DNA from: Antedon mediterranea
Lineage: Eukaryota > Animalia > Echinodermata
Assembly (NCBI RefSeq): GCF_964355755.1
Contig: NC_092672.1
Location: forward strand, 17,745,237 to 17,809,236
Length of the DNA: 64,000 bases
Direction: 5' to 3'
Positions 1 through 14,327 of this stretch are shown here, in pieces. Position 1 is the first letter of the stretch. Each line of letters begins with the position of its first letter. The position numbers and the translations under genes were made by a program. The notes under the pieces are model-generated. The model saw only the letters and a list, made by a program, of their open reading frames with translations. It ran no database searches and had not been told where the DNA came from.

Positions 1-336
1 TGTGCTGCGCGACTCTAATGTCATATAACAAAGTTTAAGGTCAATATTTTGACACAGTTATACAATCTTAATGTTGACAAGAATGAGAGATATGCGTGCA
101 ATAAAATTTGTGGAAAGAAAGAAGAATAAGATATGAACTTGTCACTCTGATTAGTTAGTTATTCAGACAATAAACGCCACGTGCATGTCATACGTTGGAA
201 TATTGCACACAGAAAAAGATTATGGCATTATGAATTGAGGAATATAATATGTTGTTATAGTGCTGAAATCTGTCTATTTTGTGTCATATACTACAGTATA
301 CACAGTATAATCTGTATATGTATATAAACATACAGT

Positions 337-1712
337 GTAGAATAGGTGAAATTACGAGACCCACCATTTATTGAAATTTATAACATGGTGACGGTATCAA
401 AATAAAACACGAAGATAGCAATTTTAGAAATTTGAATATGTAAAATATAGATGCGCACGCTCTTTTAAATGTGATGAACTACGTTGCAAAAGATGAAAAT
501 ATGACTTTTTTTATTCTACTGGCCATATGATGACTTCACAACATTTGATTGGAAAAATGTTCACATGATTTCGTATCTACAAACCAATAGCTCCCAGAAA
601 CGTTTTAATAATGATTATCTCTTTTTAATCTGACGAGCTAAAAAAAAGATTGAAATTTACTGTAAAGATGAAAATAAGTGGCTCACGTTATTTAAATTTT
701 TAGACATTATGACGTCATAACAAATTTTTTTTTTAACTCATGCGAAAGATAGTTGATCGACATAGACAATATTAAAATATCGAGGGAAATGGAATACGGA
801 TAAGCGATGCGCTCTATTGAATGTGATGAGCAATAACGAAAGAGACAAATCCTATATTTTACATTCGTATGGCAATACGATGATGTCACAACATCCGAGA
901 GGTAAAGATTTGGCATAAATTTATATCTAAAACATATCTGCTTACATATTAAGTTAAAAAAATTGGGGGTCACCATTGATCCTGAGGAGCTATAATAGAT
1001 TAAAAATAGGCATAATTTTGACAAATTTTTTGTAACTTTTTCAACTAAAAGGCACGCAAATGATCTAAATCAAGTGTTTGTATGACGTCATTTTAATTTG
1101 AAATGATTTGAATTTGAATTGGGATTTTCCAGCTTTTCCTAGTCATTTTTAAAAAGATTGACTAGGAAAGGCTGGAAAATCACAATTCAAAAGAAAATAA
1201 CACGCGCTGGAATTTTTGACATGCGCAAAATGTCATAAATCCCGTAGAACGTTTATTAGAATTTAAAAAATGTTAAATGTGCGTGCGCATTCTTGTAAAA
1301 CATGCCATTTTTAGTGCACAAAAAGTTGATTTTGATAACAATTAACTTTCACCAAGTGTCAATAAAAAATGACTTTTATTTTTTATCCTATGATCAATCA
1401 TTGAAATTCATTAAAAATCTGACGTCATTCACAAATAGGAGGTGCACAACTTCATGTAAATGTCGATATTTTGACAAAGTTACGATATGTTCTGTTTAAT
1501 GTTTTAGAAACACGCGACGCACAAAAATGACAAAGGAAAGAAGCATAATACAGAAAAAAAATATGATGAAACAGTTACAAGGAGTTATCCGCTACTAAGC
1601 GAATAACTAATAAAGAAGATGAAAAAAGGGTTATCCGCAACAAAAGTTGAGGATAACAAAAAAAAAAAGATCCTGACAATAACAAGGGATTATCCGCCAA
1701 GTGCGGACAACC
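337..1712 (-). mobile_element. HINE-like (Helentron-associated) repeat with stacked terminal hairpins
   Basis: Shares TGAAATTACG(A/C)GACCC with 7609 and 51165, and GATGCGCTCTATTGAATGT with 7750. Internal palindrome at 1117-1190. Three TTATCCGC..G(C/A)G(G/A)A(T/C)AA hairpins at 1583-1712. Confidence 0.5.
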
Positions 1713-1728
1713 AATGAAAGATACATAC

Positions 1729-1828
1729 ACAAGTGGACCTGTGCCTCCTTTAAGCTGCATATAATCATATGTTCCATTTATGACTCCCTCTACCTCTTGC
1801 ATGTAAGCCTCCCAATCAATTTCAGTAT
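1729..1828 (-). CDS. ALG3: ALG3 coding exon 2 (100 nt); gene continues beyond the left edge
   Basis: (Y)[33 protein letters not shown] is the ALG3 signature. Acceptor ttcttacAG and donor GT|GTATGT; phase matches exon 1 across a 14.7 kb intron. Confidence 0.95.
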
Positions 1829-1898
1829 CTGTAAGAATGTGAAAAGGGTTACAATACATAGTATATGTTTGAACAGTAGTTGGGTAAAGCTGACCAAA

Positions 1899-2276
1899 CA
1901 AGCCCGTAGCCAGGATTTTTACAGGGGGTTCTTTGTTCCCAAATAAGGGCCCTTCCCTCTCCATTATGGGGATTACCTTTACCCTTTTTAATATTTAATA
2001 TCAAATGTATGTGAATTAATGTTCGCCCACCATGCCTCCACCCTTCCCCTGGCAAATACAATGCAAACAGCCTGGCGTATAACAGAGCCTTGTTGGGTCA
2101 CATGCAAAAAGAACTTTGTTACATAACCTCTCACATCCAGTGACAAGTACATGTATCTTAACAAATATAAGAGTTCCTTGGCCCAGGAAAATACTATGCC
2201 TAGTCTAGTTTGAAAGGGCACTTCATGAAAAGGGAGGTTCATTTGAACCCTAGGAACTCCCCTGGCTACGGGCTTG
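1899..2276. mobile_element. hAT-like MITE
   Basis: Perfect 16-bp TIRs CAAGCCCGTAGCCAGG; no clear TSD. Confidence 0.7.
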
Positions 2277-3332
2277 GAATAGTAATAAATACAAAACTAG
2301 CATAAAAATAGAATTGAATTTGTCACTTTGACGAATTATAGGTGATCATTTTTATAATTTAATTGACATTAATATTTTTTAAACATGCACGTATGTTAAC
2401 ATATGATCGGAAAATGTTGATGTATGCCATCCTATTGCCTTATAGTGCTGAGTTGTGCCTATTATATGCCATATACATTATGATATACTGTATATCTATA
2501 TACAGTGTAGCATTTGTGAAAAATGTTCACAATTTTTAGTATTAAGCGGAGGTCCAAGTGTCAAAATGATGCTTCCCATTGCCATGTTTCTACACACTCA
2601 GCACACCAACTTTTTTTGTTAGCTAATACCCTTAGACACAATAATCATGAGGTGTGCCGTTGCAAATTTACTGCGGCCACCTTGAAATCCAAGATGGCGG
2701 CAAAAATGGCCGCCATTTTATAGTGATGCACTTTATTGTTCATAACTTAATAAATATTTGATGTATTTTGTTGACATGTTGAATAATAGCTAATTACATT
2801 ATCTATTCAATAACATATTTTTATTTTAACTTTATTGAAATTAAATTACTTTTTTTAAGCAAAAAAATCAGCAAAATCTGTGATATACGATATTTATTAT
2901 GTTAATTACCGTAAGGCAAGAATCCATAATTTTTTTTTTTTCAGATATGCTAACAAACTGACCCAATATATACTAGAAATAATGTGTAAACTACATGTGC
3001 TTGTGAAAAGGCAAACATAAGTTATTAACGATTACGTTTGGGTACTTGTAGCAGGGATTTAATAATGTTTAGTAAAATTGTGAAGTTGAGGGGGCTATTT
3101 AAGTAAGATACAGGTACTCTATTTTCGGTTGTGACTCATTAAATACTTAACCGATTATGATGAAAATGGATTTATTTTATAGATAATTAAACCTTCTTCC
3201 TTATTAATTATTTAAAAGTTATGTTAGATAATAAATACCTATGAAAAATGTATTATTGTGTAAATCTAATTAAATTGTATCATCTTGTAAGCTAAAAAGA
3301 AATAGTTTAACCTGCAGGATTTGATTTTTTAA

Positions 3333-3860
3333 ATTTTCATTTTCATTTCTTTATTCGACAACAAGCGGTCCAGGGGTTGCGACAGCAACAGAGCGCCATA
3401 ACACATTTGTGTCCGCAACCCCTGTAACATACAAGATACTACAAGGTAAAAATGTAAACAACAGAATATTTAAAAAATTTAATTAATTTGTATTACAGTG
3501 TTACACAATTTTAAATCCACCTATACAATTAAAATAAAGTTAGCGTTTATCAAGCAGATATTTTTTCAATTTCGGCAGGAAATTTTTCAAAGGAAGAGTA
3601 ACTGCTTGATCTTTGATTATGTGGGGTAGTGATGACCATATAACAGGAAAATTGTTGATAGACGAATATTTTAAAGTATCGGTACGTGCAAAAGGGTGGA
3701 CAAATGTGAGTAATTCAGGATGGCGTTGATTGATATGGATATTATTATTTACAGTACTACAAAAAGTTACATCATAAAAACAACGAAATATAAAGGAAAT
3801 TAAAATCATTAAATATATACAGTATAAGTGTATATACCGTGAAACGAATGACAATCGTGA
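3333..3860 (-). mobile_element. CR1-group LINE 3' fragment
   Basis: The ORF end FARTDTLKYSSINNFPVIWSSLP resembles the LINE C-terminus at 19421-19723. 3' UTR hairpin at 3371-3424 and an AATAAAGAAATGAAAATGAAA tail. Confidence 0.65.
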
Positions 3861-6165
3861 TGAGTTTGATAGAAAATTGAATGAACAATAAATACATTTT
3901 TTTAAATAAATAAATTTTAAAAAGTCATGCTTCTCTAATAAAACATGACACTAACATATCATATGTTAGTGTCACGTTCTATCTTTTGTTGGCCTTAAAT
4001 CAGTACAATAAACTAAATGTAACTACCATAGTGGAGTCTGGTAGGGATATTTTGGTTCAGTTTTTTCCAAAAACACCCAATTTGGTAAACAGGTTGCCAA
4101 TCCTATACGAATTCAATTTTGATGGGCGTCAAGCAAAATGATCACTTAATTTGCATAATTTAAAATGGCGGACATTTTCGTATCAGTTTTGACCCATATT
4201 TTAAGGCATTAATTGCCATATCTTAGTAAATGGTTGTCATAGACAGTTTATTTTGGTGTCAAATTGTTCAGAACATAAACCACTACTACTAGCAATTATA
4301 CAAATTTTGGGTTTCAAAATTAGTTAAAGCCTTCTCAGTACATAACACCCGACGCCAGTATCTCTCTATACTCACCAACCTCCACCCCTCTTCAATAACA
4401 CCCCACACTCTTTATTAAAAACAAATTCTTTCCAGTGAAGGACAAATTCATTTCAACTTTAGCTTCAAATTGAGAGGGATATACATAGCTATGATATGCC
4501 TAATAATGGTTTAAGTATGTTGTAAACTGTGTAAATGAATAGGTGTCATATTGGCCTTCTTTTTCTCACCATCACAGCCACAATCAACAAACCTTAACTC
4601 TTCCCCTGGACAGTTCAAATGTAGTAACTTTTCCTAGTACAATTCCAATCATATATAGGCTACTTCATTACGCCAGAATTGTCGCTCCTCCCCCTCCAAA
4701 CAAACCCCAGATACTGGGTCATGTGTTTAAGATGGTTCCAGTACAAATTATGTTAGCCATCACTCCCACCCCATAATCCCTCAGTGGCAGTTTTCAAATG
4801 TAGTTTAAAACATTCCCAATAAAGTTTCGGTCATGGTGATAGGCCATCCCCATTCCCTTCCCAGGGATAATTAAAATACATTTTCGAACCACAATTCCGG
4901 TCAATTTGATAACCTGGCCTAAGCAAAATCCCCACTTCCCCTGAACCCCTACTCTCACACCCTATCTCCCAACCCCCTTCCCACCAAATCCCCGGGCTTT
5001 TTGAAATGTAGTTTAAAAGATACCCAGTACAATTGCGGTTATTTTGATACCCCATATGTATGGTTACATGCAGAAACAGAAATGTATATACCGAACAAAC
5101 ATCGAAAGTTGGGAAAAGTGGGCCATTTTGACCAGATTTTGGCCCCTAACTTGGATCCTAGATGGCGGATTTCCAACTGCATTAATGTTAATATCTTTTG
5201 ATATTCATAAAACTACTTGTCATAGAGAGTTGATTTAGGTGTCAAAATGTTCAGAACATAAACATTTCTATTTACTATAATGAAGTTTTTCTCAAATAAT
5301 GACCATATCATGTTTGACCTTTTGACATATTGATCAGCCGTTTTAACCTAATTAACAGATTTACTTTTATTACTTTCATTTCTTTTACATACATTTCAAA
5401 ACATTGAATGATGTGCCCTTTCTCATATCGAGCATTTGGAAAATAATGGCTTATTTAACTTCTTGAACAGTCTGGTTGGTTAAGTCAGCATAACCATATG
5501 TATGGTAATGGTAACATTTTCAGTGTTCTTGTAAATACAAAATGCCCACTATTTGGGGAGCCAGAAAGGGTTCATCTGCACCCTCTAGTAAACTATGTTA
5601 ACAATGTTTTTTTGCTTCCTTATATCAATACAAATCATTTTTTTGGAACATCTGAACAAAACAAACCAAGTTCTTTAGAATTGTTAAATTATTAATTTTT
5701 AGAGTAGTATGAAGTTTAAAGCTTACTGTGCAATGTCATAACAAACATGGTACGCTTTTTAATTAGTATTATAGTTATAAATTATTATAAGTTAGTGATT
5801 TCAACAAAAAGGAGGACGAGTAAATAAACAATTTTCTTTATAACATAATATATAGTCATACTACAGTTATTTTGATGTGTTGTTATTGTTCAACTATGGT
5901 TTAAAAGTATGTAACAGTATACTGTATACTGTAGCATTTACCGGAGTTAACCATTGTACTCTAGTAGCTAGATCAACTTTCGTATGCACTTTGAGGTCCA
6001 GAGAATTTGACTTCAGAAATTGGTTTAAGGTGGTCAAACAATCATTTTTGGCTTGGTTACACATTTTGAAAATGTGGCGAAAGGTCAAAGTGAAAGGTCA
6101 TAAGATCAAACACCAATATGTCCTTAAATCTCAACAACCACTGGTCACAGCGAAGTAATTTTGGT

Positions 6166-7483
6166 CTCAAATTGATCAGAAGGTATACATTTATATTCAG
6201 TCTAATGGGACATTTTAGTTAAATATGACCGGAAATGCCATTTCTGACCTTTGACCCACAACCCATGGCATGTATTTATCTCCGTAACTACTGGTCGTAG
6301 ACACTTGAATTTGGTTTTAAATTGTTCGAAATATATATTTTGTTATTTGTTACACATTTTGAAAAATGTTACAAAAGGTCAAAGGGTTAGGGTCAAGGGT
6401 TATATGAACAAATAAATAAAGGCACTTTTATCTCAGCAACCACTGGTTGCAGCAAGTCAATTTTGGTCTCAAAATGTTCAGAAGGCATGCATTTATATTC
6501 CATCTAATGGGGCATTTTAGTAAAAAATGATCAGAAATGCCATTTCTGACCTTTGACCCACATTCCAGGGCATCTTCATATCTCTGTAAGTACCGGTCGT
6601 AGAAACTTAAATTTGGTTTTAACTTTTTGATATTAATTGTGCTGTATTTTTTTTTACATCTAGGTGGTATTTATTTGATTATACATATTACCATATTATA
6701 CCCCAAATAAAGTTGCCTTCACTCCCCCTAAAAACCCTTTTGAACAATAAATGCCCGGGGTGTTTAATCGGATACACATGGCAAGTTACTTCTAGCATTC
6801 TGAAAAGAACTGTTGAGCTTGACGTTTCTATCAAAATGTTTTGGGGACAGCAATAACTAGTACTTGAAATTGAAACAATTTAAAGTATCAGCTATTGCAT
6901 AACATTACCGTCTAAGGATAAGTTATGTAGATATATGTTTTTTATTTGAAACATTAGTAATAGTATTTCTGTTCACCTTTTAACCACATTTTCTATTACA
7001 ATGAATGTAAATATATTTCGAACAATTTGATACCAAATTTAAGTTTCTACGACCAGTACTTACAGAGATATGAAGATGCCATGATATGTGGGTCAAAGGT
7101 CAGAAATGGCATTTCTGATAATTTTTGACTAAAATGTCCCATTAGATTGAATGTGAAAGTATGCCTTCTGAACATTTTTAGACTAAAATTGACTTGCTGC
7201 GACGAGTGGTTGCCGAGATACAAGTATCTATTTATATTTGTTCATATAACCCTTGACCCTGACCCTTTGACCTTTTGAAACATTTTTAAAAATGTGCAAC
7301 AAATAACAAAATGTTTATTTCAAACAATTTAAGACCAAATTCAAGTGTATACAATCAGTAGTTATGGAGATACATACATGCCCTGGGGTGTGGGTCAAAG
7401 GTCAGAAATGGCATTTCCGGTCATTTTTTACTAAAATGTCCCATTAGACTGAATATAAATGTATACCTTCTGATCAATTTGAG
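6166..7483. repeat. Long inverted repeat (~455 bp arms, 6166-6620 and 7028-7483) built from ~300 bp units
   Basis: CTCAAATTGATCAGAAGGTATACATTTATATTCAGTCTAATGGGAC at 6166 is mirrored at 7438-7483. The unit repeats at 6166 and 6468; related fragments at ~4240, ~5215 and ~61380. Confidence 0.85.
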
Positions 7484-7879
7484 GATGGGCTTAATTTGTA
7501 TACGGTTTCATATGTACATTTTATTACATCTGCTTTCATAATAAATTATAATCATCAAGGTCACCTTTAATTTTGAAGAGCTGTGAGATATTCAAATATA
7601 CACTGAAGGTGAAATTACGCGACCCACGTTATTCGAGTTTTTACGCATGATACGTCATCATAATAAAAATGGTGGCAACTCATGATAAAGATAATTAATT
7701 TAGCAAGCACATACTGAAATTTGAGCGAAAATCGGGCTCAAATAACGGAGATGCGCTCTATTGAATGTAACCTACACAAAAAGATAAAAATTCCTAATTT
7801 TTAAATTCAAGTGGCCATTTGATGACGTCACAACATTTTGTACGTCAAATTTGCCGTACAAAAAAACATTGCAAAAAAA

Positions 7880-8738
7880 TGACCTTTTTAAAATCAAGAT
7901 TGACCAGAATAATGGTCGAGGAGTGTCTTGAAGCTGTGCCGATTTGCGGTGCCCCTGCCAGTCGACTAATATTTTGGTCCATGTCAAAGAATATGTTCAT
8001 GTTAAAATAATACGGGTGCTATTTAATATATCGATGGAAGATAAGCTTTTGTGACATTATACCTATATATAAATTTTCCTTAAAATCAATAGGCATGTTC
8101 TGACAGTAAGTATATACCTATGCACAGAATGAAATAAAAAAAATGACTAAAAAACTAATTATCAACTATTACAATAGTCTCATTTGACTAACAATGGAAC
8201 AGCAACGCAAAAAAAACAAACGGGTGGATTTTAAAAGAAATAGCTTTTTTTAAACCACTCGTATTAAAAAGCTGGTACATTAAATCAAGTTATGTTTTGA
8301 AATTACAAATCACAAATTATAACCCTTGCCTCTTGTCCAAAAATAAGTTTTTTTGGACAAGTAGTTCTCGAGAAAATGCAATTTCAGTTTACTTTTTACT
8401 TTAAGACTGCTCACCGGCTTTTGAAAATGGTCTCCTATTTTTTAACACTAGACGGTCTGACAATATCATTTTTGTTTTTTGTGAAGTTATTAAAAAACCA
8501 ATTTTGTTGATTTTTAATAGGCATGGTCTGAAAGTATATACCTATCTACACCCAAAAATTCAAAACGATAACTTGAAAACTGTAGGCGCTATCGTGCTAA
8601 CAAACAAACAAACATACATACAAACATACATACATACAAACATACAAACAAAGTAAATACTATACTTGGCAAAATTCTTTTTGCCAAGTAACAAACAAAC
8701 ACGCTACCGATTACATATACCTCCTTGGCGGAGGTAAA
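7880..8738 (-). mobile_element. HINE family A copy (TTACCTCCGCCAAGGAGGT terminus)
   Basis: Reverse-complement match to 13327-13830 and 15010-15290. (ACAA/ACAT)n microsatellite at 8598-8652; terminal IR ACCTCC-TTGGC-GGAGGT. Confidence 0.8.
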
Positions 8739-8879
8739 TAAAGATTTGATACAATAACAATAGGTGATCATTTTATTCTAAATGATCACCTAATAAATAG
8801 CTCAAAAAAAAAAACTATTTCTTTTGCAAATTTATCAATGATTTCCATGTCTACACTAATAAAAACTTGAAACTAGTAA

Positions 8880-11008
8880 CAGTGGGACAGCCAGTCGACA
8901 AATCGTGTCAAATTTCGACTCGGAGAGGGCGCCCTACTTTTCTAATTTGGTTCAAAATTGCTAAATTTTAGGGTGTTGGAAAAACACAATATTTGTAATT
9001 TTAGCTGATTATCGGAAAAATATTGTTAGTGAAATAAATTCATAAATGGTTTTAATATATTGTCATGTAAAATTTAATGTATTTGAACAAAACGATAATC
9101 TGTAATTTAACGGCAAAATCAACCAATGTCTTTTTTCCGAAATTGTACCCTAGAAAATCGTTAAAATAAAATATTTAGAAAAATTGAACAGTCCTGAATT
9201 TAAAATCCCTGTTAGAAAAATTAATAATCTACAGTATACGATATTAAGATACAAAATTCGGTGGTTGGGATGCAGCTCCGACTATTCAAACTAAAGGTAC
9301 CACTATTTGTTCCATCGAAAACTAGCGAAACCGCCATTTTGTAAACACATCGTCATCGTGTTTATGAATTTATTTATAGCGAACGATATACGCGATGTTT
9401 ATAATTGTCCGCGTATAAGAATTCATATAAATAATACATTCCAATACAACGTATAATATTATTACTTGTTTATTTATCACAGTATACATTTTAGTTGAGG
9501 AATATTTTCATAACTATTATAATAGCTTTTATAAGAGTCCGAGGCCTAGCCCTATTAACGAGCGATTGTTCCAGGGGCGGAAAGTCACTTAGTGACGTTA
9601 TGATCGGGCGCGTAGGGCCTAGCTAATATTAAAAATATTACCTGAAATAAGCGGCTAACAAGAACTGTTATATACTTGCTTACAATTGTTTTGTTATTGA
9701 TGAACAAACAAGCAATTAGATTGAATAACAAATTATTTATTCATTTTTTTGGGTAAAAACATGTACAAACTAGTAGTAGTACTGTATAATATAAATTAAT
9801 AGTATATTAAACTAATACAGTATAAATAATAAAATATAAAATAGGCCTAACATACAATAAATATTCAATTTTTAAGGTCTATCACATGACAATAACATAA
9901 TTTACAGAGTATAGTGTAGTAGGTTTGCATTCAACATAAATATTTATTCAACATTTTGTTTTAAATAATTAAATTATAGTTTGGGTATTACAATGTCGGT
10001 AGGTACCGGTGTCATCTTTTTATCCACTTCACTCTCAGTTTGAAGTCACAAAGACAGAGAACTCTGCATCATCAACGATTCCTGAAAGTGTCAGAAAAAA
10101 TAATAAATATTATTTTAAAAAAAATGTTAATGTCTGGTTGTATATATAATTATAATATTATTATGATGACATAAAAGTAAGGCAAATAGAAGCTGTATTT
10201 TATTAATTAAATTACAGTATTTACTATTATTATTTATATAATCTAGGCCTACTAGTAGCCTAGCTAGGCATCTATTGAGCCTAATAAATCAAATAATAAA
10301 TGAAAAATAAAATAATAATATTAATACTGATTGAAAAAAAGGATTTTTTGGGGCGGGGGATCAGATCACCAGGCTAGGCCGGCCAGGACCAATGATACTC
10401 GTAATCAGTACAACTTAACGACTATCGGATCAGCATCAACACAGTACAACACACGTCTCGCTATATCGCCTATACTGACACACGTGTCTCGCGTTGCCGA
10501 AACCACGCTCACAGCTAGAAAATGTACCTACCTTTCGAGGCCTGAGAATACACCAATAAATTTTGAACAGGATAGAAATATATCATACTCGATTAAACTA
10601 ATATTATTCTTGATAAAACAATTGATTATAATTTGTTTAATTTGTTGGGATGCACCTCCGACTATTCAGAAAATGGACAACAAAACAGTAGTCAAATCGT
10701 ACCACATTTATAAATTTCACGAGTCCCGACTTCAGTCGCCGAATGTATTGTATTAGCTTCGGCTTCTTTGAAGGAAACCGATTGGTTATTCAATTATACT
10801 TATTAGGAAATGCTTTTACCATAATAGGTAATGTTGGGCGGTTCTTAAATATTCATGAGAGCTTAAAATAAAACAGCACTTATTTGCTAGGCGACGAAAA
10901 ATCATGGTTTCAGTTTTCAACGATAGGTGGCGCTTCAAAATCGTCAATGCGGAAGTAAGTCGATTTTACACGATTTAACGGTCAAAACGCGAAGTGGCAT
11001 TCCCACTG
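8880..11008. mobile_element. Non-autonomous TIR element (hAT-like)
   Basis: Ends CAGTGGGACAGCCA / TGGCATTCCCACTG with subterminal AAATCGTGT..AA and GGCGC motifs. Internal direct repeat GGGATGCA(G/C)CTCCGACTATTCA at 9267 and 10647. TSD only partial (..AGTAA). Confidence 0.6.
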
Positions 11009-11159
11009 GTAAGTAATAACATTATTTAGATGATGAACCTAATAAAAGTCTAGTAATAAAATTATTTTTTCTAATACAGTTTAGGATGATCTTGAACAGC
11101 TCCAAGATTGAACATGTGGAAAATCTGTGTTTACTATACCATTTGTCCTATGATTCAAT

Positions 11160-11500
11160 CAAACTAATTCTATAATTGATAAATTAAGATTATGAAGACC
11201 GTCTTAAGGCACTAAACTTATACAGTTTAGAGCAACAAAGATTAAGGAGATCGAGACCTAATTGAAACCTTCAAAATAATTCAAGGATTTAAAGGAATAG
11301 ACAAAGATCTCTTTTTCAAGATACGTCCATAGGGTACTACCAGATGACACATTTGGAAAGTTTTTAAATAAAATCAAGTACGGTAGATGCCGTTTAGATT
11401 TTTTCAACCAAATCAAGTAGATGCCGTTTAGATTTTTTTAACCACAGTAGTCTGCGCACCAACTATATTAACCTTAAAAAAGCAATTGGTTAAGCATTTG
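11160..11500 (+). mobile_element. CR1 LINE 3' fragment (3' UTR resumes ~12605-12680)
   Basis: DYEDRLKALNLYSLEQQRLR..DLIETFKIIQG is a typical CR1 ORF2 C-terminus. Confidence 0.8.
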
Positions 11501-12604
11501 GTAGTAACAAAGTGTGAGGCAGCGAGGCAGACAAGCGAGGCAAGTCAGAAATGTATGCAACGCATTGTTATTAAAGGGCTAAAACTCTGTGGAATCCCTA
11601 TAATTAACGCATTATTTGGTGAAATCACATTCAATTTCAATAGATTTTGTCACTGTTAGTAGGGAAAAATGTTATTACTGTTGATACTGTACACGGTTTT
11701 GTTAACATTTTTAAGAATAAAATAGAAAAATTCATCATAATATCCTAGGTCTAGGCTAGGTAGTGATGTTGACTTAGGATCGATTATTATTCTTTGAAAA
11801 CAGAACAGTATCAGCAGTAACATATTACAGCATTTTTATTTACAGATTACCAAATTATATTGAAATTAAACATGTATTTCACCAATAAATGCATTAGAAA
11901 TTGATGCATTCCACTGAGTTTTAGTCCTCTAGTATCGTTGCTCTTTTGACGCTCCATAGAAAAAAAAATATTGAACATTGAGTATTAAGTGAAATTAATT
12001 TAAGAATTTATTTGTTACTTTTTATGCGAGGCATACTTTTAAGGTGTGGTATTCACACGATATTAAGTTAGTTATCAAATTTGGAGTCAAATACAAGTGA
12101 AGGAAACTAGCGCCAGGTACGTACATGGACAACAATAATAAAAATCGTTTGTAATATACCTAGCCTACTAAAACAGAAATAGTGTATCATTATTATTACA
12201 CCAAATATTATTATATCAAATTGATTTTCTACATAGGCCTCTAGAGCAGAATCGTCCCGCTACCTGCTAAATAGTAAAGCTCAGGGATTTTCCATCTCTC
12301 AAGGTCTACCGGATCGAGGTGCAGGGATGTGACAAAATATTATTTTCGCTCTGCTATGTTCGAGCGACATGTTAAATTAATTGTAAAGTGAACACGCTCG
12401 AAATGCCAATCAAGCATGAAGTCATTTGACTGTGTGTCGCTATAACAAAATAGTTTATCGAAAGTTAGAGACTGTCGTTCAGACAACTTGTGAACAGTTT
12501 GGCCAATTTTGTAAAAGTAAAATTTGACAAAATATGACTACTTAAATTATTTGGCGTGCCTTGCATACCTCGCTTGCTTCGCTGCCTCGCACTTTGTCAA
12601 CACT
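11501..12604. mobile_element. Degenerate TIR element inserted in the CR1 fragment
   Basis: ACAAAGTGTGAGGCAGCGAGGCA at 11507 is mirrored by TGCTTCGCTGCCTCGCACTTTGT at ~12575-12597. Confidence 0.65.
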
Positions 12605-13831
12605 CGGCATGATAAGGGGTTTAAATGATGTAATCTCCCTGCTAGTAGAAACCACCCTTTAAACTGTAAGTGTAAGTTTAATAATATACTGTACTATACA
12701 GAAATTCATGACTTACATGTAGTTACATACATGGATGGTGCAAAATGACACTTTTAATAACAATCAAATATCACACAAATACATAAAATTGGTAAACGAA
12801 AGTATCTTCAGTCTAGTTCCTTGGGACACTTGTCGTGCCGAAGCTGGAAAAAGGAGGTTCACCTACATGGGAAGCAAAATCTATAATGACTGTATGGTGT
12901 AATTTTATTGTGCTTATGTTTAAAAATATTTATTCATCAAATTTGTATAATAATAATAATAATAATATAATAATTAAAACTTTATTAACTGAAATTTGTA
13001 TATATTGTATATATATTTTAAAAAATTGAATATGAAATTCTATAACATACAGCTTGGAAGGTCTAGTTCATTTTTTTATTTTATACCTTTTCATTGTATT
13101 TTGTCACTGTTATACGTTATACTGGGCCCTGTGGGAGAACAGTAGTTTACTACTGAACAGGCTAAAGAATAAAGAAATAAAAATAAAATAAATAAATACA
13201 AAATAGGCTTATCGCCCTAGTAGTATACTATAGCAATACAAAGTCATTGCTGTATTAAATCAACGCAAAATTAACAGTTAACATATGACTTAAGTATTAG
13301 GGTTAGGCTAGTAGGACCTTTCCTTTTTTACCTCCGCCAAGGAGGTATATGTAATCGGTAGTGTGTGTTTGTTTGTTACTTGGCAAAAAATAATTTTGTG
13401 ACGTATAGTATTTACTTTGTTTGTATGTATGTTTGTTTGTTAGCACAATAGCGCCTACAGTTTTCAAGTTATTGTTCTGAATTTTTGGGTGTAGATAGGT
13501 ATACGTTCAGACCATGCCTATTGAAAATCAACAAAATTGGTTTATTAATATCTTCACAAATAACAAAAATGATATTATTTTCAGACCGTCTAGTGTTAAA
13601 AGATAGAAGACCATTTTCAAAAGCTGGTGAGCAGTCTTAAAGTAACAAGTAAACTGAAATTGCATTTTCTCGAGAACTACTTGTCCAAAAAACCTCAAGA
13701 GGCAAGGGTTATAATTTGTGATTTGTAATTTTAAAACAAAACTTGATTTAATGTACCGGCTTTTTCAAACGAGTAGTTTTAAAAAACCTATTTCTTTTCA
13801 AATTCACCCGTTTGTTTTTGGCGTTGCTGAG

Positions 13832-14263
13832 ATTTGAGATTAGGACATGGATGGGCTTAAACTTCCTCAAGCTGAATGAAAAGACCGAGGCGATCGTATT
13901 TGGAGTGGAGTTGCGTGTTCAATTTAAGATCCTGCTGGTGCTCCGATGCATAAATAGTTGTGCTCTAAAATACCTCTCAGAATGATCGACAATCAATAAG
14001 AGAAAGCAAGAACTAAGATCTAGTCATCAGGTGCTACTGGACATTCAGAGGCGCAAACATAGTTGGGGGGATCGGACTTTCAGTATTGCTGGACCTACAG
14101 TAGGTTCTGGAACCACCTATCTTTGAACATTAAACAAACATCATTATTGAGCACCTTTATAAAGTCACTACTCAAAACTCACATTTTCTGATATTTTTGG
14201 TAGTGCCATGAGCTATGACTGTTGGAATGGCGCTATATAAATCGAATGATTGATTGATTGATT
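13832..14263 (+). mobile_element. L2 LINE fragments and 3' tail
   Basis: EIRTWMGLNFLKLNEKTEAIVFG, GDRTFSIAGP..WN.L, LLKTHIF; tail GGCGCTATATAAAT followed by (GATT)n. Confidence 0.8.
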
Positions 14264-14327
14264 AGTAGCATCTTCTGACCGCCTAGTATTTATTGTATTA
14301 CTGTACTGAATACTCAGTAAATGGCTG

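Noticed and set aside
1738-1752. ALG3 GGTGP instead of the vertebrate GDTGP
   Set aside because: GGTGP also occurs in fungal ALG3 as I recall it, so it is not evidence of inactivation.
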